Shown one piece after another: positions 26,222 to 38,610 of a stretch of DNA of 64,000 nt. The stretch's first letter is position 1. The number at the start of each line of letters is the position of its first letter. Origin of the DNA: Eledone cirrhosa (Eukaryota); NCBI GenBank assembly GCA_964016885.1, contig OZ024753.1, positions 15,872,001 to 15,936,000 on the forward strand, in the 5' to 3' direction. The position numbers and the translations under genes were made by a program. The notes under the pieces were generated by a model. It saw only the letters and a list, made by a program, of their open reading frames with translations, made no database searches and was not told where the DNA came from.

Positions 26222-26685
26222 AATTAGTATATCTACCAACATATTTATACAGAAGTATACTTATGCTAGCAAGAAATAGGTTTTATCTTAGTAACTTTGT
26301 GGTTCAATACAAAAATGTAGAACAATTATATGAAAGACGTAAAATAAGAAAATTATAATAATTAACTTACTTAAGTTTCACTCCAACTAATTAGTTTCTG
26401 AAAGGGGATATACATAGTGTTCAAAACCATGGAGAATTCCTTTCTTTGTTTGAAATTTAGTCCGCGCTTGCTTCTTTTCCATTCACTGAATTATTTTTGT
26501 TTGAGCTCCGTGTGTCTGCCTATCGCCAGGGATCTTAGCCGAGAATTGACTCCCTGATGAAGAAATGAATTCTCCATGGTTTTGAACACTATGTATATCC
26601 CCTTTCAGAAACTAATTAGTCGGAATGAAACTTAAGTAAGTAAGTTAATTATTATAATTTTCTTATTTTAAGTCTTTCATATATA
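26218..26685. mobile_element. Fold-back PLE-terminus-like element in (TA)n
   Basis: Inverted arms 26327-26445 and 26562-26683; hammerhead spans spacer and right arm. Confidence 0.75.
26549..26626 (+). ncRNA. Type I hammerhead ribozyme with long helix II
   Basis: ACTCC-CTGATGA-A-GAAA...TTTC-A-GAAA-CTAATTAG-TC-GGAAT; the left-arm copy gives GGAGT, which restores stem I. Confidence 0.7.
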
Positions 26686-26698
26686 AATATATATATAT

Positions 26699-27032
26699 CA
26701 TGGCTTAGTGGTTAGAGCATTGGCCTTGCAATCGAGAGGTTGTGGATTCAATTCTCGGACCGGGTGATGTGTTGTTTCCTTGAGCAAGACACTTTATTTC
26801 ACATTGCCCCAGTTTACTCAGCTGTAGAAATGAGATGATAGGGACTGGGTTCCCTATCATTCCACTGCAAAGTGGTCATTGAGGTGCCATGGCAAAAAAG
26901 CACCCAGCACTCACTGTAAATGAGGTTGGTGTTAGGAAGGGCACCCAGCTGTAGAAATCAAGCCAGAATCATTTCCCGTCCCACCCTTGCAAGCAGGGAA
27001 AAGCGGACGTAAAATGACGATGAGATGATGAT
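26699..27032 (+). mobile_element. CORE-type tRNA SINE with RTE-A tail
   Basis: Same family as 7302-7612. Confidence 0.88.
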
Positions 27033-27050
27033 ATATATATATATATGTAT

Positions 27051-27190
27051 GTAAAAGGAAAACAGAAATAACAACACAATTGGTACAGTATATGGAAGGG
27101 ATTAATTAGGTTAACACTTCTTGATATAGCAGGAAGAGGATCTTAACTTTTCGGATGCTAGTCCTTCATCAGAAGAAAGAATAAGAAATA
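27051..27190 (-). mobile_element. Hammerhead-bearing PLE-like fragment
   Basis: Minus 27176-27141 reads TCTT-CTGATGA-A-GGACTAGCATCC-GAAA-AGTT-AAGA. Confidence 0.7.
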
Positions 27191-27685
27191 AATATATATA
27201 CATATATATAATATATACACACACATAATTTACAGGGACTAACGCAAGTCTATGACTCCGTTAATATTTGGATATTTTGCTCCTTATAACAGTCTTTCCT
27301 CCCTCTGTTTGGTTGAGCACTTTTTTTTGAGTGGTTTCGGGCTGCCATTTCTAGCCTCTCATCCCTCAAGGGCCGCTGGTTCACTGTCCTTCGCATGCAA
27401 TCACTTCTCCCTACCGCGTGGTGGAAGACGGTTATCTTAAGTATTTTTAGAGTTGTTTGGAATGTATCTATTAAACACACGCTGATGAGCCATTAGTATT
27501 TCCATTTCAGTCAATAAAACAGCTTCTGTCTACCCAATTTCCCTCACAAGTCATGGGTTGACCTATGGTTTATGTACAGTAAATGATACTTGGCCAAGAT
27601 GCCATGTAGTGGGATCAAACCAGGCACCTCTTATAAAGTTCCTTAAACATTCAGTCATGCTGAGTCAATATTATAACTATTATTA

Positions 27686-27871
27686 TGTGGATTGGCAGTA
27701 TCGGTAGAGGGTTTGACGCCATGCTTTCCAGCATAGTTACGTCCCTTTATGATCTGTGTTCAAATCCCGCCGAGGTTGACTTTGCCTTTCATCCTTACGG
27801 GGTCGATAAAATAAAGTACCAGTAATGCACTGGGTAATTGCTGGCCTTGTGCCTAAAGTAGAAACAATTAT
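27686..27871 (+). mobile_element. tRNA-derived SINE, second family (Meta-domain-like body)
   Basis: A box TGGCAGTATCGG, B box GTTCAAATCC, central GCCTTTCATCC..GGGGTCGATAAAATAAAGTACCAG; related copies near 28240-28440, 57090-57215 and 63300-63720. Confidence 0.8.
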
Positions 27872-28568
27872 TTTAAGTTTCACCTGAAAAGGAAAATCAG
27901 GGTGGAGTGAGAAATATTGCCTTCTAGCCAGTTTGTTGAAAGGTGGGTGAGAGAGGCAAGCATGGTCCGCCATGAGTGTGTCCCTGTAGTATTGAAAGAG
28001 GACAACTGGCAGAGGGTGCTTGCCCTAGCAATCAAGGTCACTGTGGCTTTTGTGGGATTTCACCACGAGTAACCCTTGGAGTCTCCTCACCTTTGGGGAA
28101 TTCGTTGTTTGTTTTTTAAATGTTTATTTTCTTAATCTCTGTTATAGATTTTATTCTACACAAAAAAGAAACACACAGGTTCGTCCTGTACCATCTTTAA
28201 TGTTTCCTTAATGTGAACCCTGTGTGGCTAAAAAAGAAATCTAGCAGTATTGATAGAGTGTCAGACATGCTTTATGGCATAGATTTACGTCCCTTTTCGA
28301 TCTGAGTTCAAAACCCATTGAGGTTAGCTTTGCCTTTCATCCTTATCGGGTCAATAAAATACAGTACCAGTAATGCACTGGGAGCGATTTAATCAACTTT
28401 TCCCTCCCCCAAAATTGTTGGTCTTTCTAAATCAGAAACCATTATTATTTGAGTATATTAGGGCGGTGGATTGCCAAAATCGGTAGAGGGTCGGACAACA
28501 TGTTTTGTGGCAAAGGTTTACACCGAGGTTAACTTTGCCTTTCATCCTTACAGGGTCGATAAAATAAA

Positions 28569-29253
28569 TCTAAACTATAATAAAGTAAGAAGCATGGGAC
28601 TGCGTACGGTTTATAATGTTTTATCCCCTAAGTAAAATAAGTTGGATTACTTTGAATAAATAATTGTTTCTACTTTTGTCACAGCAATTATCCCAGTGCA
28701 TTACTGGTACTTTATTTTATCGACCCCGTAAGGATGAAAGGCAAAGTTAACCTCGGCGGGATTTGGACTCAGATCATAAAGGGAGGTAACTCTATGCTTC
28801 AAAGCATGGCGTCCGACCCTTACCGATACTGCCAATGCACCGTTACTTTGAATAAATAATGAATGAATATTACATAATTTATCTACTAAATTGTGTGGCT
28901 GTTCATTAAATATATTTTATTACTTATTTAAAGATTCACTTCTTTAAAATTTCTGAAATGTCAACACTTCCGGTTGGCCATCGCTTAAATAAACATACTA
29001 ATTTTCTGTCACTAATTTTCTCTTAATGCAGTTTATATATAATATCGTCTTTTTTTAATGAATCATGGATTACGTTACTGATTAAATAAGACAGTGTAAC
29101 GCAGTCTCCGTTCAATTTCTATGTATTATATATTGTCAATTACGATTTTATTTGATGTATCATATCTACATGTATATATACTTGTGTATAATATCAATAT
29201 ACACACTACACATGCAAGCAGAAAAACCACCCGAGGGGTGGTTTTTCTGCTAG
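28569..29253 (+). mobile_element. Non-autonomous Helitron
   Basis: A|TCTAAACTATAATAAA start; strong hairpin GCAGAAAAACCACC/GGTGGTTTTTCTGC then CTAG|T; precise A-T insertion inside a SINE. Confidence 0.75.
28665..28842 (-). mobile_element. Second-family SINE with 18-bp TSD
   Basis: TTACTTTGAATAAATAAT at 28647-28664 and 28843-28860. Confidence 0.88.
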
Positions 29254-29715
29254 TTACCAGTAATGCACTGGGGTAATTGCTGGCCTTGTGCCAAGAATAG
29301 AAACAATCATTACGGGGTCTATAAAATAAAGTACCACTAATGCACTGGGGTAATTGCTGGCCTTGTGTCAAGAGTAGAAACAATCCTTACAGGGTCTATA
29401 AAATAAAGTACCAGTAATGCACTGGGGTAATTGCTGGCCTTGTGCCAAGAGTAGAAACAATTATTATCAGAGCATATTTCCAGGAGCCAATTTTATGCTG
29501 GAAATATTGACTAGAGCAGAGATGGAGCCAATCTGATCTAAGATGGCTGCTGTACGAATCCAAGTGTTAACAACATAGACTATATTTACTTCAATACTAA
29601 TCACCAAAGTCTCACTTGATCTTCTACTGAGACAATTACTGTGAACATTCCATTGTTGAGTCTTAACATAGCTTTAACACAATCTTAGTAAAGGTCAACA
29701 ACATGCAGCTACCAT

Positions 29716-32700
29716 TGATGATGGTGATGGTGATGGTTAATGTAGTTATGATGGTGATGATGATGGTTAATGTAGTTATGATGGTGATGGTGATGATGAT
29801 GGTTATGGTAGTTGTGATGATGATGATGGCAATGATGCTTATGGTGGTTATGATGGCTATGATGGTTATGGTGGTTTAATGGTGATGGCTATGGTGGTTA
29901 AGGTGGTTATGATGGTGATGATGATGATGATGATAAGGATGGCTATGGTGGTTATGGTAGTTATGATGGTGATGACTATGATGGTGATTATGGCTATGGT
30001 GGTTATGGTAGTTATGGTGGTTATGGTAGTTATGGTAGTTATGATGGTGATGGCTATACTGATGGTGATGACTATAATGATGGTGATGACTATAATGATG
30101 GTGATGGCTATAATGATGGTGATGGCTATAATGATGGTGATGGCTATACTGATGGTGATGGCTATAATGATGGTGATGACTATAATGATGGTGATGACTA
30201 TAATGATGGTGATGGCTATAATGATGGTGATGACTATACTGATGGTGATGACTATAATGATGGTGATGGCTATAATGATGGTGATGACTATACTGATGGT
30301 GATGGCTATAATGATGGTGATGACTATAATGATGGTGATGACTATAATGATGGTGATGACTATGATGATGGTGATAACTATAATGATGGTGATGGCTATA
30401 ATGATGGTGATGGCTATAATGATGGTGATGGCTATAATGATGGTGATGGCTATAATGATGGTGATGGCTATACTGATGGTGATGACTATAATGATGGTGA
30501 TGACTATGATGATGGTGATGACTATAATGATGGTGATGACTATGATGATGGTGATGACTATAATGATGGTGATGACTATAATGATGGTGATGACTAGAAT
30601 GATGGTGATGGCTATAATGATGGTGATGGCTATAATGATGGTGATGGTGATGACTATAATGATGGTGATGATGACTATAATGATGGTGATGGCTATAATG
30701 ATGGTGAAGGCTATAATGATGGTGATGGCTATAATGATGGTGATGACTATACTGATGGTGATGGCTATAATGATGGTGATGGCTATAATGATGGTGATGG
30801 CTATAATGATGGTGATGACTATAATGATGTGATGGCTATAATGATGTTGATGACTATAATGATGGTGATGACTATAATGATGGTGATGGCTATAATGATG
30901 GTGATGACTATAATGATGGTGATGACTATAATGATGGTGATGACTATAATGATGGTGATGACTATACTGATGGTGATGGCTATAATGATGGTGATGGCTA
31001 TAATGATGGTGAAGGCTATAATGATGGTGATGGCTATAATGATGGTGATGACTATACTGATGGTGATGGCTATAATGATGGTGATGGCTATAATGATGGT
31101 GATGGCTATACTGATGGTGATGGCTATACTGATGGTGATGGCTATAATGATGGTGATGACTATAATGATGGTGATGACTATAATGATGGTGATGACTATA
31201 ATGATGGTGATGGCTATAATGATGGTGATGACTATACTGATGGTGATGGCTATAATGATGGTGATGACTATAATGATGGTGATGACTATAATGATGGTGA
31301 TGACTATGATGATGGTGATAACTATAATGATGGTGATGGCTATAATGATGGTGATGGCTATAATGATGGTGATGGCTATAATGATGGTGATGGCTATAAT
31401 GATGGTGATGGCTATACTGATGGTGATGACTATAATGATGGTGATGACTATGATGATGGTGATGACTATAATGATGGTGATGACTATAATGATGGTGATG
31501 ACTAGAATGATGGTGATGGCTATAATGATGGTGATGGCTATAATGATGGTGATGGTGATGACTATAATGATGGTGATGATGACTATAATGATGGTGATGG
31601 CTATAATGATGGTGAAGGCTATAATGATGGTGATGGCTATAATGATGGTGATGACTATACTGATGGTGATGGCTATAATGATGGTGATGGCTATAATGAT
31701 GGTGATGGCTATAATGATGGTGATGGCTATAATGATGGTGATGACTATAATGATGTGATGGCTATAATGATGTTGATGACTATAATGATGGTGATGACTA
31801 TAATGATGGTGATGGCTATAATGATGGTGATGGCTATAATGATGGTGATGACTATAATGATGGTGATGGCTATAATGATGGGGATGGCTATAATGATGGT
31901 GATGACTATAATGATGGTGATGGCTATAATGATGGTGATGACTATAATGATGGTGATGGCTATACTTATGGTGATGGTAATAATGATGGTGATGACTATA
32001 ATGGTGATGGCTACACTGATGGTGATGACTATAATGATGGTGATGGCTATAATGATGGTGATGACTATAATGATGATGATGACTATAATGATGATGATTG
32101 CTATAATGATGGGGATGGTTATAATGATGGTAATGGCTATAATGATGTGATGGCTATAATGATGGTGATGACTATAATGATGGTGATGACTATAATGATG
32201 GTGATGACTATAATGATGGTGATGGCTATAATGATGGTGATGGCTATAATGATGGTGATGGCTATAATGATGGTGATGACTATAATGATGGTGATGACTA
32301 TGGTGATGGCGATGACTATAATGATGGTGATGGCTATAATGATGGTGATGATGACTATAATGATGATGATGATGACTATAATGATGGTGATGACTATAAT
32401 GATGGTGATGACTATAATGATGGTGATGGCTATAATGTTGGTGATATCTATACTGATGGTGATGGCTATAATGATGGTGATATCTATACTGATGGTGATG
32501 GCTATAATGATGGTGATGGCTATAATGATGGTCATGACTATAATGATGGTGATGGCTATAATGATGGTGATGACAATAATGATGGTGATGGCTATAATGA
32601 TGGTGATGGCTATAATGATGGTGATGGCTATAATGATGGTGATGACTATACTTATGGTGATGGCTATAATGATGGTGATGGCTATACTGATGGTGATGAC

Positions 32701-33040
32701 TATACTGATGGTGATGGCTATAATGATGGTGATGACTATAATGATGGTGATGACTATAATGATGGTGATGGCTATACTTATGGTGATGGCTATACTGATG
32801 GTGATGGCTATACTGATGGTGATGGCTATACTGATGGTGATGACTATAATGATGGTGATGGCTATAATGATGGTGATGACTATAATGATGGTGATGGCTA
32901 TAATGGTGGTGATGGCTATAATGATGGTGATGACTATAGTGATGGTGATGACTATAGTGATGGTGATGGCTATACTGATGGTGATGGCTATAATGATGGT
33001 GATGGCTATAATGATGGTGATGGCTATAATGATGGTGAAG
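29716..33040. repeat. (GAT)-derived 18-bp minisatellite GATGGTGATGRCTATAAT
   Basis: Irregular GAT/GGT repeats become a regular 18-mer from about 30040. Confidence 0.95.
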
Positions 33041-33130
33041 AGGTGGCAATTATTCTAGACATGTGTCTGGAGAGAAATGACTTAGTAATGTTCAGTAAAC
33101 ATGAACACAGCAATTGGTAATCTGATGTTT

Positions 33131-33935
33131 ACTACTACCACCACTACTACCACCACTACTACCACTACTACTACCACCACTAATCTTACTACTACTACCA
33201 CTACTACTCCTCCTACTACCACCACTACTACTACTACCACCACTACTACCACCACCACCACTACTACTACTACCACCACCACTACCACCACCACTACTAC
33301 CACCACTACTACCACTACTACCATACCACCACTACTACTACTACCATACCACCACTACTACTACCACCACTACTGCTACCGCTACTACCACTACCACCAC
33401 TACTACTATTACCACTACCACCACTACTACTATTACCACTACCACTACTACCACTAACACCACTACTACTACCACTACTACCATACCACCACTACTATTA
33501 CTACTACCACCACTACTGCCACTACTACCACTACCACCATACCACCACTACTACTACCACCACTACTGCTACTACTGCCACCAGTACTGCTACCGCCACT
33601 ACTGCTACTACTTCTGCCGCTACTACCACTACACCACTACTACTATTACTACCACTACCACCATTACTACTATTACTACCACCACCACCACCATGACTAC
33701 GACTGCTACCTCCACCACTACTACTACCACCACCACCACTACTGCCACTACCAGCACTCCTACCACTACTACTACTCTCACTACTACTACTACCACTACT
33801 ATGTTTTATTAATGCTAGATTCATTATTTGAAGATGGTTGAGATGAAAGACGTGTTGTGTTGTTGTGTTGTTGTTACTGTTGTGTTGTTGTTGTTGTTAC
33901 TGTTGTTGTTGTTGTTGTTACTGTTGTTGTTGTTT
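33131..33935. repeat. (ACT/ACC)n and (GTT)n microsatellites
   Basis: Direct inspection. Confidence 0.92.
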
Positions 33936-34264
33936 CATTGTTTTGTTTGTTTCTGATGACATTTCATGCAATGTTAGTATTTGATGACAACTATTATTCT
34001 AATTATCCATTAGTATAATTTCCTGGATCCAAGTGACTGTGTAGGCGGAGAAGGATTAACAGCAGTCAGATCAGATCTGTTTCTAGATCAGTTGAAATGA
34101 TATTTAATTCCTGTGTGTCAGTAAGTGGCTTAGTGTTTAGGGTGTTTGGCTGACACTTCAAAGGTCATCAAGATAATTGTGTAACTTCAACATGTACATT
34201 GTGACCTTCAGCAAGAAACTTTATTTCATGTGGCTCAAGTATACTAAACAGAAAAGTTCATAAG

Positions 34265-34935
34265 CTGATTATGAAGGAGTGATGCTAGAGCTGTGAAATT
34301 TTGTATGCATTAATTTCAATTCTTATTTAATAGCTGCATTGTTTCTTTCCAGGAACTATGTTGAAAGATAAACCTCATGTGGTCATTCCATGAGAGTATC
34401 TTGGTCAGCCTATGAAGGAGTGATGCTAGGGCTGAGGAAACTTGCATGTATTAATTTCAACTTTTTTTTTATTAATAACTACATTGTTTCTTTCCAGGGT
34501 CTATGTTGAAAGATAAACCTCATGTGGTCATTCCATGAGAGTATCTTGGTCAGCCTATGAAGGAGTGATGCTAGGGCTGAGGAAACTTGCATGTATTAAT
34601 TTCAACTTTTTTTTTATTAATAACTACATTGTTTCTTTCCAGGGTCTATGTTGAAAGATAAACCTCATGTGGTCATTCCATGAGAGTATCTTGGTCAGCC
34701 TATGAAGGAGTGATGCTAGGGCTGAGGAAACTTGCATGTATTAATTTCAACTTTTTTTTTATTAATAACTACATTGTTTCTTTCCAGGGTCTATGTTGAA
34801 AGATAAACCTCATGTGGTCATTCCATGAGAGTATCTTGGTCAGCCTATGAAGTGATGCTAGAGCTGTGAAATCTTGCATTAATTTCAACTCTTCTTCTTC
34901 TTAATAACTCCATTGTTTCTTTCCACGGACTATGT
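34265..34935. repeat. 145-bp tandem repeat, about 4.6 copies, downstream of a degenerate CORE-SINE head (about 34125-34260)
   Basis: TATGAAGGAGTGATGCTAG at 34411, 34556 and 34701. Confidence 0.9.
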
Positions 34936-35424
34936 TACTAGGTGTTGTGACCGGTAGATAGTATCAGCAATGGAAAGACCAATGGAAACATTGTTTCCTT
35001 GGTTCAATTTGACAAGTTCCACTTCACTGAGTAAGGTCTGAGATCTTGTCGATTGCCTAAAGAAATAAGGGAGGGGGCTAGCCTTTTTCATAAATCATGT
35101 TATGCTGAATGTTCATGAGAACTATGTTAAAGGTACACACATCTGTGGAATACTCAGCCACTTGGGTTAATTTCACCAGCAAGCTGTTAGATTAAACTAA
35201 TCTACTCGTCACTCTTTGGCTTACATTCATTTAAAAATAATGTTTAAATAATTAAAATATACACAGACATGTATATAATGTAAAATGAAACTGGGAGGCC
35301 CATATATATATGTGTGTGTATTTCATTCAACAACACCACCAGCTCTCTCTTCAATTTTCCTTCTCTGTTTCCTTCTGTTTCTCTCTCTCTGTCTCTCTTT
35401 CAATCTACTCTCTCACAACCACTA

Positions 35425-35465
<41 letters not shown>

Positions 35466-35700
35466 TTATGAAGGTACCCGGAAAATCTCCGTATCTTGGG
35501 CATCCTTGCTCCGATTTATGCAAAATCTGTTTTATTCTATTTGTATTCTCATTTCAGGGGCAACTTCCTTTCAAAATATTTTGTCACTATGAGCCGTTTT
35601 GGCTGTATTAAATTACAGACAAGACACAATCACAAAGTTTTAGTAGTATATAGATAAACAACTAAAATACTCATCATCAGGACCAAGATCCAATGCACAT

Positions 35701-35918
35701 TTAACCTTTAGCATTTAAACCGGCCATATACAGTCAGAATTCTCTCACCCCTTTCTATTCAAACTGGTCATAATCGGCTGATTATACTTATGTTAAGGTA
35801 TTGTTCTCAAAATAAATAATAACAAAATCTCATAGATTCGATATTATGTGAGATATTATGTGAGATAAAGCCTTTACCATGAAAATGTAATATATATAGA
35901 GTAATGCTAAAGAGTTCA
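35701..35918 (-). mobile_element. piggyBac-like MITE
   Basis: TTAA-CCTTTAGCATT ... AATGCTAAAGAG-TTCA termini; same family as 37689-38476. Confidence 0.7.
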
Positions 35919-36689
35919 TTCACAAACATTTATGTCTTTCTCCTAATGTTTGTGATACAACAAAATGCATCAAGTACACTCTGTAAAGTGGTTGGCATTA
36001 GTAAGGACATCCAGCCTTAGAAACCATGTAGTTTTAATTTATCATCATAATCATCGTTTAATGTCCATTTTCCATGCTAGCATGGGTTAGACATACATAA
36101 GATATATATTCATATACTTCGTGAAATTTATATCGACTATATAATAGATTTAATGAAAATCAATTGTTTTATAATTTCTAAATTATGAAAAAAAGAAAAT
36201 GTTTGTGATGACAATATAAAAGGACTCCCATAGCAATAATTCAATAATTTTACTTGTTTTTCACAAAGAAGATTTATTTGAATGGGACTAACAAACCAGG
36301 TAATATGAAGCTTTCTGGAATATTCAGCACCCATCTTTCTTCCTCTCACTTCCCACTAGCTCAATGAATGTTTGAAATACAGAAATTTTCTAAATGGTTG
36401 CTGCAAAGTTGAAGCAAGAGAAATGTTTTGTGTGCCTTGACTTTGAGATACAAAATATGATACAATGTTTGTAACAAAAACAGGAGTGGAAATACCTGAA
36501 AAGGAAATGTCTGTTTTATTAGTGAGAGAGGGGAGGGAGTACCTATAAAATTACCAGTGGATATTTGGAAGCCGAGAGGTGTAAATGGAAGTAGAAACCA
36601 TAATCCATGGAGTATCTACAGACCTGTGAGTTAATCTAAATGTTTGAAATGGAGGCAAAACTCAACATTGATGCCATGAAACTACTATT

Positions 36690-37042
36690 CCTCTAAAAAA
36701 ACTCGAGTAAGTACCCAGATGTGGGAGCAGTACTTCACTGTACTTCTACATCTAGGACTATTAAACCTCTACAAAACTAGAGTACCCAGATGTGGCAGCA
36801 GTACTTCACTGTACTTCTACATCTAGGACTATTAAACCTCTACAAAACTAGAGTACCCAGATGTGGCGGCAGTACTTCACTGTACTTCTACATCTAGGAC
36901 TATTAAACCTCTACAAAACTAGAGTACCCAGATGTGGGAGCAGTACTTTACTATACTTCTACATCTAGGACTATTAAACCTCTACAAAACTAGAGTACCC
37001 AGATGTGGCAGCAGTACTTCACTGTACTTCTACATCTAGGAC
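36690..37042. repeat. 71-bp tandem repeat, about 5 copies
   Basis: AGTACCCAGATGTGG at 36710, 36781, 36852, 36923 and 36994. Confidence 0.92.
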
Positions 37043-37688
37043 AGTGTTGCAGTGAAATAGCAGTCATTAGAGAATCAAATTAAATGCCTTAGTATTTATA
37101 CTTATTGTAGCTCTGTGCTATGAGTTCAAATCCCACCAAGGTTAACTTTAACTTTCATCTTTCTGGAGTTGCTAATTAAAGACCCAGTCGATAGGTTGGC
37201 AGAGTTGTTAAAAAATCAGATGGGATGCCTTGCAGTATCTGATTCTGTGTATTCTGAGGTTGAACCCCTCATTATTCTGGCAGGAGTTAAAACTGGTAGA
37301 TAGTATAAACGGTTTAATCAATTGATTGGCTCCTCACCTTTATGTTTTGAAACAGGTGCATGGTTTAGTGGTCTAGTGGTTAGAGAATTAGATTTGCAAT
37401 CATGAAGTTGCTAGTCCGATTCCCAGACTTGCCGACGAGTCATGTCCTTGAGCAAGACACTTTATTTCATATAGCACATTTTGCCAGGAGTTGCAACCGG
37501 TAGATAGTATTAGCAATGGAAAGACCAATGGAAACAATGTTTCCTTGGTTTAATTTGATGAGTTCCACTCCACTCAATGTGCAAATGAGGTCTGGTATCT
37601 TGTAGATCAATCAATTCAATGTGACACACAAACATACTAAACACCATTTAAAGATAGGGATGTGATACACAGACATACTAAACACCAT

Positions 37689-38476
37689 TTAACCCTTTAG
37701 CATTTCCATTACTCTATATATACTATTGTGTTTTCATGGGAAAAGGTTTATCTCACACAATACTGAATCTACGAGATTTTAATATTGTTTATTTTGAGAG
37801 CAATAACTTAAAGTTGGTATGAGTGTCCAGTTACAGCTGGTTTAAACAGAAAGAGGTGAGAGTATTATGGCTGGATACAGCTGGTTTAAACAGAAAGAGG
37901 TGAGAGAATTCTGGCTGGATACAGCTGGTTTAAACAGAAAGAGGTGAGAGAACTCTGGCTGGATACAACTGGTTTAAACAGAAAGAGGTGAGAGAATTCT
38001 GGCTGGATACAGCTGGTTTAAACAGAAAGAGGTGAGAGTATTATGGCTGGATACAGCTGGTTTAAACAGAAAGAGGTGAGAGAATTATGGCTGGATGCGG
38101 CTGGTTTAAACAGAAAGAGGTGAGAGAATTCTGGCTGGATACAGCTGGTTTAAACAGAAAGAGGTGAGAGTATTATGGCTGGATACAGCTCGTTTAAACA
38201 GAAAGAGGTGAGAGAATTATGGCTGGATGCGGCTGGTTTAAACAGAAAGAGGTGAGAGAATTAAGGCTGGATACAGCTGGTTTAAACAGAAAGAGGTGAG
38301 AGAATTATGGCTGGATACAGCTGGTTTAAACAGAAATAGGTGAGAGAATTAAGGCTGGATACAGCTGGTTTAAACAGAAAGAGGTGAGAGAATTATGGTT
38401 GGATGCGGCTGGTTTAAACAGAAAGAAGTGAGAGAATTATGGCTGGATGCGGCTGGTTTAAATGTTAAAGAGTTAA
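37689..38476 (+). mobile_element. piggyBac-like MITE with an internal 44-bp minisatellite (about 14 copies, 37834-38462)
   Basis: TTAA-CCCTTTAGCATT ... AATGTTAAAGAG-TTAA; unit CAGCTGGTTTAAACAGAAAGAGGTGAGAGAATTATGGCTGGATA. Confidence 0.8.
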
Positions 38477-38610
38477 GGGTAGATTACTTTACTGATGGGT
38501 AAGAACTCATACAATAACAATCTCAGGCAACTTATCTAATATCATCTCCACTCCGGTACGCTCAACTCACCTAACATTTCAATCTTATTACTGATATTGT
38601 GTTAAATTCC

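Larger units (their letters stand above)
28461..29462 (+). mobile_element. Second-family SINE interrupted by a Helitron; 3' part triplicated (77-bp unit)
   Basis: SINE breaks at GATAAAATAAA (28568) and resumes TTACCAGTAATG at 29254; units start at 29255, 29332 and 29409. Confidence 0.75.

Noticed and set aside
27481-27500. CTGATGA hammerhead core
   Set aside because: No matching helix II or GAAA downstream; at most a truncated remnant
29879-33824. Met/Val-, His- and Thr-rich ORFs
   Set aside because: Translations of 18-bp and trinucleotide repeats
36350-36510. Minus-strand exon after a strong TTCCTTTTCAG acceptor
   Set aside because: Reading frames hit stops with no recognisable product; unsupported without transcript data
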